Source of the DNA: an uncultured Candidatus Saccharibacteria bacterium
GTDB taxonomy: Bacteria; Patescibacteriota; Minisyncoccia; Phycocordibacterales; UBA6065
Direction: 5' to 3'
Length of the DNA stretch: 64,000 nt
NCBI GenBank assembly: GCA_964495425.1
Contig: CAZBVG010000002.1
Coordinates: 78,570 to 142,569, forward strand
Position numbers and translations under genes: made by a program. The notes below the pieces were generated by a model, which was given only the letters and a program-made list of their open reading frames with translations, did not search any database and was not told the DNA's origin. Positions 27,866-36,047 of this stretch are shown here, one piece after another. The first letter of the stretch is position 1. Every line of letters starts with the position of its first letter.

Positions 27866-28840
27866 TTAGAGATTCTGTATAACTGGTGTTCCGACATTTG
27901 CTTTGTTGTACACAGGATATAGCTGTGGATCTATTGTTCGGTCAAAACAGACATTACCAGCGCTGTGCTTCCATGTGTCATTAGCAGCCGGCATCGTTCC
28001 ATAAGCGCGATACGGCATTGAGTTTGTGTCTGCAGTATTGCTTTCCAGATTAAAGGTTGCACATAGCTTAAACGACATTTGACCTGTTTTTGTATATGAA
28101 TACTCACGTCCTTCGGGATCACGTGGGACCATGTAACCTGAAATTGAATCCTGTATGTCTGTTATCTGATTTGGAAGAGTACCCTTTTGCTGCCAGTAAT
28201 TAATAATTTGCCACTGTATATTGCTTAGATCACTAATTCGAGTTTCATCAAATCTCACTTTTCGCGCGGTCATCGGAGAACCTACGTAAATAAGACCGCC
28301 AATGAGAGTTCCGAATACAAAGAGACATGCAAGTGAAACTATGAGCTTTGCTCGATTTGGCATCTCAGGAGTGAAATCCTTTTTAAGGTCGTAGAGATAA
28401 TACGCAAACACAGCACCTGAAACGACAAGTACAGAAACTACCTTAAGAACAAATCTACTCGTAATTTCTCCACCAAGGAATGTATTAACGAGAAAAATGA
28501 GGTCAGTTACGACTGCTACTCCAGTAACAAACAAGGTGAGGTATGTAAGCCACTTTCGCACGCTTAGTTCCTTTTTCTCAGGATGTGCTCTGAGATATCG
28601 ATTCAAGTATGAAGCGACTATTAGATACAGCGGAAATACAATGACAAGACAGGCAATTGCCGCTCGCATACCGGCAGAGTAGAAATCTCCCCCGTAGTAG
28701 TAATAGCTAGAAAGATTATCCGGAAACGCCTTATTAATAATGTTAAATAGAAGTGTAATAAGAGAAATCGAGCTTACGTAGAGGGTAACGAAGCTAGAAA
28801 GATAGACAAAGAAGTCCTTAGCTGTAGTTTTAGGTTGCAT
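27866..28840 (-). CDS. Hypothetical polytopic membrane protein with C-terminal extracellular domain
   Basis: Five or six TM helices in the first ~200 aa. Soluble Tyr/Asn-rich C-terminus. Confidence 0.5.
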   Translation of the reverse strand: MQPKTTAKDFFVYLSSFVTLYVSSISLITLLFNIINKAFPDNLSSYYYYGGDFYSAGMRAAIACLVIVFPLYLIVASYLNRYLRAHPEKKELSVRKWLTYLTLFVTGVAVVTDLIFLVNTFLGGEITSRFVLKVVSVLVVSGAVFAYYLYDLKKDFTPEMPNRAKLIVSLACLFVFGTLIGGLIYVGSPMTARKVRFDETRISDLSNIQWQIINYWQQKGTLPNQITDIQDSISGYMVPRDPEGREYSYTKTGQMSFKLCATFNLESNTADTNSMPYRAYGTMPAANDTWKHSAGNVCFDRTIDPQLYPVYNKANVGTPVIQNL

Positions 28841-28950
28841 GGCTCATATATTAGGCTAATAAGCCCTTTAATAGTACCAAACCACACCTTTTTTACAAAC
28901 AAAAGCCCCGTTCAGACTGTTACCGAACGGAGCTCTTGATCTGGCTCAAT

Positions 28951-29181
28951 TTACATTGATGCCTGCATACCGCCCTTTGAATCGCATGCCTTGCAGTCCT
29001 TCTTGTGAGTAAACACAAGATAGAGGCCTGAAAGACCTACGATCACATAGACAATTTTTGAGAGCATTGAACCTGCGCCCAAAAGCATATCTACAAGATT
29101 CCATCCACCAGCGCCGACGAGGCCCCAATTGAGAGCTCCGACAACTACGAGGATGAATGCAATTGCGTGAAGTGCCTTCAT
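28951..29181 (-). CDS. DUF378-like small membrane protein
   Basis: 76 aa, two TM helices, GALNWGLVG motif characteristic of the DUF378 family. Confidence 0.55.
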   Translation of the reverse strand: MKALHAIAFILVVVGALNWGLVGAGGWNLVDMLLGAGSMLSKIVYVIVGLSGLYLVFTHKKDCKACDSKGGMQASM

Positions 29182-29199
29182 ATCATTAAAAATTAAATT

Positions 29200-29549
29200 G
29201 TAATGCCGACATTACCCATTAATTATATCAATTCCGCAATAGTTTTGTGAAAAGTTATCCACTGCTGGCTTATCTAAACCTTAAACTCTATCGCACCACC
29301 ATCTTTTCAAACCCTTTAGTCTGTGCTAATTTCCTGTTGAATCTATTGCATGTCGTGCCACAGCTGCAGGAGACTTCGAAGGTTTGGTCGCTCTCACCTG
29401 AGTCGGGTAGTTGAAACTACTCGGGATAACATCTCAATGTCCACTGATCTTGTGTGATTTCAGAATACTGGTCACACGAGTCGGATTAACTGCGATGCAG
29501 TAGGTTCACTTCTTAACGCCGATCTTCCAAGATCAGGCGTTTTCTTTTT
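29200..29549 (+). ncRNA. Candidate plus-strand non-coding RNA ending in a terminator (identity unknown)
   Basis: 370-nt ORF-free gap between two minus-strand genes. Possible TTGTAA-17-AATTAT promoter near 29207. Several stable hairpins (CGGGTAG…CTACTCG; CTTGTGTGA…TCACACGAG; CTGC-GAT-GCAG). A plus-strand terminator lies at the 3' end. Confidence 0.2.
29515..29549 (+). terminator. Rho-independent terminator AACGCCGATC-TTCCAA-GATCAGGCGTT + TTTCTTTTT (plus strand only)
   Basis: Hairpin followed by a T-run on plus. No A-run upstream, so not usable by the flanking minus-strand genes. Confidence 0.5.
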
Positions 29550-29551
29550 GT

Positions 29552-30646
29552 CTAAACTTTAAACTCAATCACATCCCCGTCTTTGACGATATATTCCTTT
29601 CCTTCTGTTCTCACCCAACCTTTTTCTCGTGCGGCACCGTATGAACCAGCTTCTAACAGCTTGTTCCACTCAATAACTTCTGCCCGAACAAATTTGTCTT
29701 TAAAGTCGGTATGAATTGCAGTACCTGCAAGTGGCGCGGTCCAGCCCTTTTGAATAGTCCATCCTCGGGTTTCGTCTTCACCGGTAGTGAAATAGGTTAT
29801 CAGCCCCAAGAGTTCGTAGCTTTTTTTAATAAGAGCATCAATTCCATTGTCAGCTCCAAGCCCTGTGCGCATTTCTGTCTTTTCAGTATCAGTCATATCT
29901 TTGAGGTCGTGCTCAATACCGGCATCAACAATTACATACCCTGCACCATTTTCTTGAATGAACTTCATGAGCTTGGTAAAACGCTCGTCCTTCATTTCAT
30001 CAAGATTTCGTCCGCCTGATTTTTTATTAAGTACGTAAAGGATCTTTTTTGAGGTTAACAAGTGGAGTTGTCGATAGAATGGCGCCTCAAATTCGTCTGG
30101 TTGTACCGATGATGCAAGTTTGCCTGCTTCAAGTGCAGGTCGAACACGTTCAAGAAGTTTCATTTCTAACACCGCTTCTTTCCTGCCTCCCTTTACATCC
30201 TTACCGAGATTCACCATTCGCTTTTTTACGGTATCAAGGTCTGCAGCAATAAGCTCCATGTTTATGATCTCGATATCAAAAAGCGGATCAACTTTGTTTG
30301 CAACGTGAATAATGTCATCGTCCTCAAAAATACGAACCACTTCAGCGATCGCGTCGGTCTCACGTATATTTGAGAGGAATTTATTGCCCAATCCTTCACC
30401 CAAAGCAGCACCCTTTACAAGTCCTGCAATATCCACGAATTCTACCGCCGCAGGTACCGTTTTCTTTGATTTAGAAAATTCAGATAGCTTCCAGAGTCTT
30501 TCATCAGGAACAGCTACAACTCCCACTGATGGATCGATTGTTGCAAACGGATAGTTAGCCACAAGAACACTCTTTTTTGTAAGAGCATTAAAAAGTGTTG
30601 ATTTACCGACGTTTGGCAGACCAACAATGCCGATGGAAAGTGACAT
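29552..30646 (-). CDS. ychF: Ribosome-binding ATPase YchF (Obg-family GTPase)
   Basis: G1 GLPNVGKST, YchF-like G-domain, TGS C-terminal domain. Confidence 0.93.
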   Translation of the reverse strand: MSLSIGIVGLPNVGKSTLFNALTKKSVLVANYPFATIDPSVGVVAVPDERLWKLSEFSKSKKTVPAAVEFVDIAGLVKGAALGEGLGNKFLSNIRETDAIAEVVRIFEDDDIIHVANKVDPLFDIEIINMELIAADLDTVKKRMVNLGKDVKGGRKEAVLEMKLLERVRPALEAGKLASSVQPDEFEAPFYRQLHLLTSKKILYVLNKKSGGRNLDEMKDERFTKLMKFIQENGAGYVIVDAGIEHDLKDMTDTEKTEMRTGLGADNGIDALIKKSYELLGLITYFTTGEDETRGWTIQKGWTAPLAGTAIHTDFKDKFVRAEVIEWNKLLEAGSYGAAREKGWVRTEGKEYIVKDGDVIEFKV

Positions 30647-30663
30647 AGATGGCTAGACTATCA

Positions 30664-31251
30664 CTACTTAGCCTTCCTTCCAAGTCTGTATACCTTGTCC
30701 AACAATTTCTGACGATATTCAGGTGTAGACTGTCTCATACCTGAAAACCATGTCTTGCGAACTGGTGCAAAACCGGAAAATCGAAGCACTCCTCGAACCC
30801 AGCTGTTAATATTGCCTCCGAAAAGAACCCATAGTAGCAAAGGGTGCGAATCTGAGGTTGCAATAATGCGAGCGCTGCGCCCTTTTAATCTACGATACCA
30901 TCCAGGAATTTTTCCCTTTCTAAAGTTATATGCAAAACCAGGCATCCAGACTCGATCAACAAGCCCCTTCATAAGCGCAGGAATATCTGACCACCAAATT
31001 GGAAAAACTGACACAAAATGGTTAGACCATTTCACATTCTCCTGGAATGTAACGAGGTCTGGCTCGTATGGCTGAATAACCGAATAGCCTTTATGGAGAA
31101 TTGGATCGAATTTCATGTCTGCAAGGTGGGTTATTCGAACTTCATGACCTGATTCTCGGGCACCCTTTGCATAACTTTCAGCCAGTGCAGATGAAAACGA
31201 CTCATTATTTGGATGACCAACAAGAATGAAAATTTTTTTGGGCTGAGTCAT
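30664..31251 (-). CDS. Flavodoxin-like NAD(P)H dehydrogenase (quinone) family protein
   Basis: KIFILVGHPNNESFSSALAESYAKGARESGHEV… typical of KefF/MdaB-like flavodoxin-fold reductases. Confidence 0.65.
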   Translation of the reverse strand: MTQPKKIFILVGHPNNESFSSALAESYAKGARESGHEVRITHLADMKFDPILHKGYSVIQPYEPDLVTFQENVKWSNHFVSVFPIWWSDIPALMKGLVDRVWMPGFAYNFRKGKIPGWYRRLKGRSARIIATSDSHPLLLWVLFGGNINSWVRGVLRFSGFAPVRKTWFSGMRQSTPEYRQKLLDKVYRLGRKAK

Positions 31252-31478
31252 TACTTTTTCATTATGTTTTGAAGCTCATCCTTGTGCTTGTTCATAAGCT
31301 CCATCATGACTGTCTGCTGATCCTTGCCTGACTTCATTCCTTCCTGCAACTCTTTTGCAAGGTTTTCAAAAAAATCAGGATTTCGTTCAACCAAATCCAA
31401 AAGCATATCCTGTTCTGCCTGCGGAACACCTTTAAGTTGCGACTTCATCGCCTGTTTCATCAAAAATCGTTTAAGCAT
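31251..31478 (-). CDS. Hypothetical small protein (75 aa), translationally coupled (TAATG overlap) to the downstream reductase
   Basis: ORF in operon orientation. Helical, charged composition. Confidence 0.4.
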   Translation of the reverse strand: MLKRFLMKQAMKSQLKGVPQAEQDMLLDLVERNPDFFENLAKELQEGMKSGKDQQTVMMELMNKHKDELQNIMKK

Positions 31479-31484
31479 AGGTAT

Positions 31485-32768
31485 TTATTTTATCAAAAAG
31501 GACCGTTTATCGCCATATATTTCAAGCGGGGCCTTGTCCCAACACGCAACAACATGATCCGCATATCTCCACAACGCCTCAATTTCATCTCTTCCGACAA
31601 ATTCTCGTGTTGAGCCAGTTAGGGCTGCATAAATTATATTTGCATACGCATCTCGATGTTTAGGTATCACAAACGTATCTGTGGTTCCATCCCTATTTTC
31701 AATCACAATTTCCTGCTCTGGTTGAATAGAAAAACGCATTGATTTTGGAAGACCAGAAATTTCCTTAAAGTCTACACGTATAAATGCCTCGGAAACGTGC
31801 ATTTTCTTTCCAGACTCTAGAAAAAGCGGCGTGCCAATCAATTTACCTGATGAAAGATGGGTTTCAACCTCAAATGCCGTTTCTGTTGCCGAGCGAGGAG
31901 TTACACCGTGCTCCTGGTGATACCCTTCGTATTGCCCACGGCGTGATAAATCACATGTTTTAAGTGGGGGTGCCAAATGCATGAATACTTCAGCACGCGC
32001 TTTTTGCCAAGCCTGATGCTTGTGCGCAGAATCAGGAAGTCGTGCGCATACAACCGCCAGCATCTCAAGCATATGGTTTTGGCCCACATCACGAAATGCT
32101 CCCACGCGATCGTATGATGCGCCTCGACCTTCAATTCCCTTAGTTTCGAAATGACGTATATGTATCGAAGAAACACTTTCTGCAGCAATCAGATTGTCGA
32201 AATCAAAGGTACTTTCGTGCAGATTCATCACTGCGAGCATAGTATCTTTACCTAAATAATGATCGACACGACAAATCTGTTCTTCGTTGAGGTATGAAAG
32301 GAGTTTATCCAGTGATTTTGCAGTTTTCTCGTCTGTACCAAATGGTTTTTCGATAAGAATACGAGTTTTTCCTTTAGTGAGAATGCGTGAGTCTTTGAGA
32401 GACTGTATTGCCAGTGGATGATTCTGTGGAGCAAGTGACAGATAAATAAACACACGGGTCAAACCATATTTTTTCTTTAATTCTGTAATGGTTTTCTTTA
32501 ATTTCTCATAGCCATGACCGCCTTCAATATCTATTTTTGAATACAAAACGCTTTTGAGAAATTCAGAAGAAACTGCAGTCTTCTTTTCAATAAGAAAGTT
32601 ATGAAAATCAGCGTGTTTCCAATCCCTACGAGATATGGCAAGTATTTTGGATCCTGGACCATAGGCACCCTCATCCATAAGCGAGCTGAGCGCAGGAAAA
32701 ATCTTTTTAACCGCTAGATCGCCGGTAGCACCGAAAAGTATAAAAAGAGTATTATTCGTGTAGGTCAT
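31485..32768 (-). CDS. zwf: Glucose-6-phosphate 1-dehydrogenase (short form)
   Basis: NADP-binding GATGDLA and active-site RVDHYLGKD motifs. Confidence 0.85.
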   Translation of the reverse strand: MTYTNNTLFILFGATGDLAVKKIFPALSSLMDEGAYGPGSKILAISRRDWKHADFHNFLIEKKTAVSSEFLKSVLYSKIDIEGGHGYEKLKKTITELKKKYGLTRVFIYLSLAPQNHPLAIQSLKDSRILTKGKTRILIEKPFGTDEKTAKSLDKLLSYLNEEQICRVDHYLGKDTMLAVMNLHESTFDFDNLIAAESVSSIHIRHFETKGIEGRGASYDRVGAFRDVGQNHMLEMLAVVCARLPDSAHKHQAWQKARAEVFMHLAPPLKTCDLSRRGQYEGYHQEHGVTPRSATETAFEVETHLSSGKLIGTPLFLESGKKMHVSEAFIRVDFKEISGLPKSMRFSIQPEQEIVIENRDGTTDTFVIPKHRDAYANIIYAALTGSTREFVGRDEIEALWRYADHVVACWDKAPLEIYGDKRSFLIK

Positions 32769-32788
32769 GCCTGTATATCAAAGCATAT

Positions 32789-32814
32789 AAAAAGGCCCGC
32801 GCGAAGCGCGGGCC
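32789..32814 (-). terminator. Rho-independent terminator (GGCCCGCGC-GAA-GCGCGGGCC) after the secreted-protein gene
   Basis: 9-bp GC stem, A5 upstream on plus (T-run on minus). Confidence 0.6.
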
Positions 32815-32826
32815 AGTAATCCAACT

Positions 32827-33363
32827 CTACTTTATAGCGAGGCCAAAAAGTGTGCGTACCGGATACTCGAGAAAATAGTTAAATTTCTCCACCGGTCTAC
32901 GAACGACCTGTTGAAACAAGTCGTGCTCATTTCTGTACGAGTACTTCCACGTCGTTCGCTTACCAACGGTCAAAGTAACGTACTTATTATTACTCGGATG
33001 CCATGCCAGACCCGATTTGAGGTAGAAATCCATTCCACCAAGCTCGAATCCTCCTCTCAGAGCCTTCAGTTCCTTGCCACGGAGACCGAAATCAAAGAAA
33101 CCAATCGGAGAATCCTCCATCGTGTGACGAAGTGTTGTCCTTTCACTTTCATCAATCGGGACGGGATCAGACATTTTCGGTGTCGTATTAAACATCCGAT
33201 CCAAATCGTACAAAATGCTTTCATACGTTTTGGAATACTGCTTGGTCGTCACGCTAACCGTCGACATAACGACCACGTCATCTTTCGGCCTTTGAGCCGA
33301 GACGTTCGGTACAAGTACACACAGACTGACAATCGCAGACAAGAGGTACACTGCAATTTTCAT
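32827..33363 (-). CDS. Hypothetical secreted protein (signal peptide MKIAVYLLSAIVSLCVLVPNVSA)
   Basis: ORF-track start is TTG. I prefer the ATG six codons downstream, which begins a classical signal peptide. Confidence 0.55.
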   Translation of the reverse strand: MKIAVYLLSAIVSLCVLVPNVSAQRPKDDVVVMSTVSVTTKQYSKTYESILYDLDRMFNTTPKMSDPVPIDESERTTLRHTMEDSPIGFFDFGLRGKELKALRGGFELGGMDFYLKSGLAWHPSNNKYVTLTVGKRTTWKYSYRNEHDLFQQVVRRPVEKFNYFLEYPVRTLFGLAIK

Positions 33364-33404
33364 AGGGTAAAAGAGCTGCAAATTCCTGTTAGCTGACCGA
33401 TGTA

Positions 33405-33432
33405 AGTATAGTCAGATGCGATATTTTGGCAA
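33405..33432 (-). promoter_or_regulatory. Sigma-70-like promoter TTGCCA-16-TATACT for the secreted-protein gene
   Basis: Near-consensus -35/-10 with 16-nt spacing immediately downstream (minus) of a terminator hairpin at 33439-33463. Confidence 0.35.
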
Positions 33433-33774
33433 ATAAAAAGACCCACACTTGGGCGGGTCTTTGCAATCGTGCGGATATTTAAAGAGGAACCGGGCCTCCG
33501 TACCAGGTCCCATAAAAGGACTTGGCAACCACACATTTCCGGTTTTGAGGTAATCCGAGGCACCGGCATCAATAAACTGGCCAAGAGACAGAAGCCTGTC
33601 AGTTGTGGCCGTAATGAGCGGTACCGCGGGAAATTCGATGACCTTTGTATTGGCCTGACGAAAACTAGATTGTTGAGAGGGTGAAAGAACGAACGCCGCT
33701 GCCGAGAGGATTGCTACCGTTAGCAATCCCTGTAAACGAAACCCGCAGGGGTTGGGGTGGTATCGAAAGGGCAT
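33412..33774 (-). CDS. Hypothetical small secreted/membrane-anchored protein in a GC-rich (~50%) island
   Basis: Signal-anchor GLLTVAILSAAAFVL. The composition is clearly more GC-rich than flanks. A terminator-like hairpin and the next promoter lie inside its last ~25 codons, so the coding status is uncertain. Confidence 0.35.
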   Translation of the reverse strand: MPFRYHPNPCGFRLQGLLTVAILSAAAFVLSPSQQSSFRQANTKVIEFPAVPLITATTDRLLSLGQFIDAGASDYLKTGNVWLPSPFMGPGTEARFLFKYPHDCKDPPKCGSFYLPKYRI

Positions 33775-33822
33775 TTGAGACTAAGAAGGAGTGTAGTACG
33801 AATGGCTATTTTTGTAAAGCTC

Positions 33823-35085
33823 TTATATTACCTCACCTAAATACGGCACGGAGAGATTTTTATAAAACCCTTTTGCCATAAACCGCGGCTCTCTTTCCCC
33901 TTTTTCCTCATCAACAATAGCCCGATGACTTGATGCGACATGTACTACACTTCTGCCGTACTTTTTATTAACTAAATCTATAGAATCAAATAACTGACGT
34001 CTTGTATCTTCCTTTTCTACTCCACCAAATAAATCTTCCTGACGGGCCACTGTGGGCATAAGTCCGTACAGTGTCACTCCGGTCGCTCGATACAAACAAT
34101 CTGAAACAAATATGTTATTAAATAAGCCCTTTACTTGTTCAAGAATATCGAATGTGTTTTCTAAGGGTATAAGCAGGCGAACCGAATCCCCTTTATATGT
34201 AAAAGTTTGTGTTTTAAGGTAAATAGAAATTTCTCGTACACACATCCTCATCTCTCGAAGTTTCTTTGCTGCATTTTCTACATTTTTTGATAACTGAGAA
34301 AACACATACTCTCTGTTATTTGAAGCCGGTACAAAGGTCCTCGTCTTCATAATTGATTTTTGAGGATCGTATTGTGACTCAACCTCGTACACTGATATGC
34401 AATTAAGTTCATACCACATCTCCTGCAGAGGTTTTGAAAAGTGTTCTTTAACCCATTCAAATGGTTTTGATGCCAAATTGAGCGCTGTACTAATACCCTT
34501 TTTGCTTAATTCATGTGTAGTCGCAGACCCAATACCCCACACACTGCCGATCGGTGTCTTGGCCAGAAGCTCTGGAACATCTTCTGGATTAAATATAGTT
34601 AATCCGTTTGGTTTGTTTCTTTTTGAAGCAGTCTTGGCAATCACCTTTGTTGGTCCAAGCCCTAGTGATACAGAGATGCCAAGTTCTTTGTGAATATCTG
34701 ATTTTATACGCTCAAGTACCGGTCGAGGATTTTCAGTAAATGATTTTATGTGGGTAAAGTCAGCAAAACATTCATCGATTGAATACTCGTGCACCTTGTC
34801 TGTATACCTTTTTACGATATCCATCATGCGACGAGAAAAAACGGCGTAAGCTTCATAATCTGAATTAACCACGATCACGTGAGGATGGAGTTTCCTGATC
34901 TGAAATACAGGCATGGCACGTGTAATACCTAACTTTTTAGCTTCATATGACATCGCAGAAGCAATTCCGCGCTCATATCCCGTAACAACAGCTTTGTTAC
35001 GTAGGGCGGGGTTTTTAGAGGCTTCCACTGCCACAAAGAACGAGTCCCCATCAAGATGCATGATGTATTTACGTTCTTTACTCAT
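33823..35085 (-). CDS. dinB: Y-family DNA polymerase (DinB/UmuC-like translesion polymerase)
   Basis: LDGDSFFVAVE N-terminal catalytic motif, SIDECFAD, Y-family palm/fingers/little-finger organisation. Confidence 0.85.
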   Translation of the reverse strand: MSKERKYIMHLDGDSFFVAVEASKNPALRNKAVVTGYERGIASAMSYEAKKLGITRAMPVFQIRKLHPHVIVVNSDYEAYAVFSRRMMDIVKRYTDKVHEYSIDECFADFTHIKSFTENPRPVLERIKSDIHKELGISVSLGLGPTKVIAKTASKRNKPNGLTIFNPEDVPELLAKTPIGSVWGIGSATTHELSKKGISTALNLASKPFEWVKEHFSKPLQEMWYELNCISVYEVESQYDPQKSIMKTRTFVPASNNREYVFSQLSKNVENAAKKLREMRMCVREISIYLKTQTFTYKGDSVRLLIPLENTFDILEQVKGLFNNIFVSDCLYRATGVTLYGLMPTVARQEDLFGGVEKEDTRRQLFDSIDLVNKKYGRSVVHVASSHRAIVDEEKGEREPRFMAKGFYKNLSVPYLGEVI

Positions 35086-35375
35086 GCGTATTTGCGTACT
35101 ACGCCGACAACAACAGCTTCGACCTTTGCCTCTGTATGAAAAGAATCTCTATAACCAATTTTGAATACACCATCAAGAACCACAATGACAATATCGTGTG
35201 ATATTGGTTCTTTGGAACGATCGATCAACACAAGATCTCCACGAAGTATTCCAGCTTCACTCATAGAATCAGAATTGACCCGCAACATAAAAGTCGCCTC
35301 TTTGTTTTCTATGAGGTAGTCATCGATCGACATTGTGTCTAATGCACCTTCTTCTTCCTGTGTTCGAAAAGCCAT
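35082..35375 (-). CDS. UmuD-like S24 peptidase domain protein (short, lacks the N-terminal cleavage arm), coupled to dinB by an ATGA overlap
   Basis: NSDSMSEAGILRGDLVLIDRS…HDIVIVVLDGVFKIGYR matches the UmuD/LexA C-terminal Ser-Lys dyad region. Confidence 0.7.
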   Translation of the reverse strand: MAFRTQEEEGALDTMSIDDYLIENKEATFMLRVNSDSMSEAGILRGDLVLIDRSKEPISHDIVIVVLDGVFKIGYRDSFHTEAKVEAVVVGVVRKYA

Positions 35376-35388
35376 TCCTCTATTATAA

Positions 35389-35404
35389 GTGAACGAGAGT
35401 TCAC
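35389..35404 (-). promoter_or_regulatory. SOS/LexA-box-like palindrome GTGAAC-GAGA-GTTCAC (GAAC-N4-GTTC, Cheo-box pattern) next to a TATAAT -10 element, ~15-30 nt upstream of the umuD-like start
   Basis: Minus strand reads GTGAACTCTCGTTCACTTATAATAGAGGAATGGCATG. Confidence 0.4.
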
Positions 35405-36043
35405 CTACAACTGCGCTGGTTTTTCCCCGAGTGTTTTCTCTTTCTTGAAAAGTTGTGCGGCTAGCTCATAAATACCGTAGGTAATGAAATATGCAGCAAA
35501 AACATCGATTGAATAATGGAGATGACCCATAAGCGACACTGTTCCCAAAATTACTGACAAAATAATAAACGAAATTCGTAGACGCTTGTGTTCCCAGAAA
35601 ATGAGAGCAATCAGAAATGGCAAACCAGTGTGCCCCGAGAAAAAGAGATCAGCGCCGAATATAAAATTACTTGTCCAACTAAAAGGATCGAGTGGAATTT
35701 GGCTTGGAAATGGCGCTATGTGTGTAAGAGAAATAAAGATCGAGCGAACGACCACAAAAAGGCTGATGGTTTTGAGTGTAAACGGAATTCTGTGTGGATT
35801 TGATAATCCCACAAGAAAAATACATGCCACAAATACTATTGCACCCCACACAAACACCCCATCAACATCAAAAACAGGTATGTTGTCTAAAATAATATCG
35901 GTTACCGGATTACTCGCCACCGCTGTTGCATAGGTACCCGCATAGAAATTGATTACGAGGCTGGCAAAAAGGAAAATCCATGCCGAAACAAGCGAACCCA
36001 CGTACACTTTATCGCGCAGATGATGTTTATAGTGTTTAAGCAT
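35405..36043 (-). CDS. PAP2-superfamily-like integral membrane protein (PAP2_C/sphingomyelin-synthase-like motifs)
   Basis: Six TM helices, FFSGHT and HYSIDV motifs. Confidence 0.45.
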   Translation of the reverse strand: MLKHYKHHLRDKVYVGSLVSAWIFLFASLVINFYAGTYATAVASNPVTDIILDNIPVFDVDGVFVWGAIVFVACIFLVGLSNPHRIPFTLKTISLFVVVRSIFISLTHIAPFPSQIPLDPFSWTSNFIFGADLFFSGHTGLPFLIALIFWEHKRLRISFIILSVILGTVSLMGHLHYSIDVFAAYFITYGIYELAAQLFKKEKTLGEKPAQL

Positions 36044-36047
36044 GTGA

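Noticed and set aside
32911-33396. 161-aa plus-strand ORF
   Set aside because: It is antisense to the secreted-protein gene, which has a convincing signal peptide, promoter and terminator.
33412-33823. RNase P RNA / tmRNA / SRP RNA in the GC-rich segments (also 41224-41592 and 29182-29551)
   Set aside because: There are isolated motif resemblances (GAGGAA-CCGGGCC, AGGGUGAAAG). However, the P4-forming partner strand and the conserved motif order of RNase P are absent, and I found no tRNA-like 3' end with a tag reading frame for tmRNA and no SRP helix-8 motif. No identity could be supported by eye.
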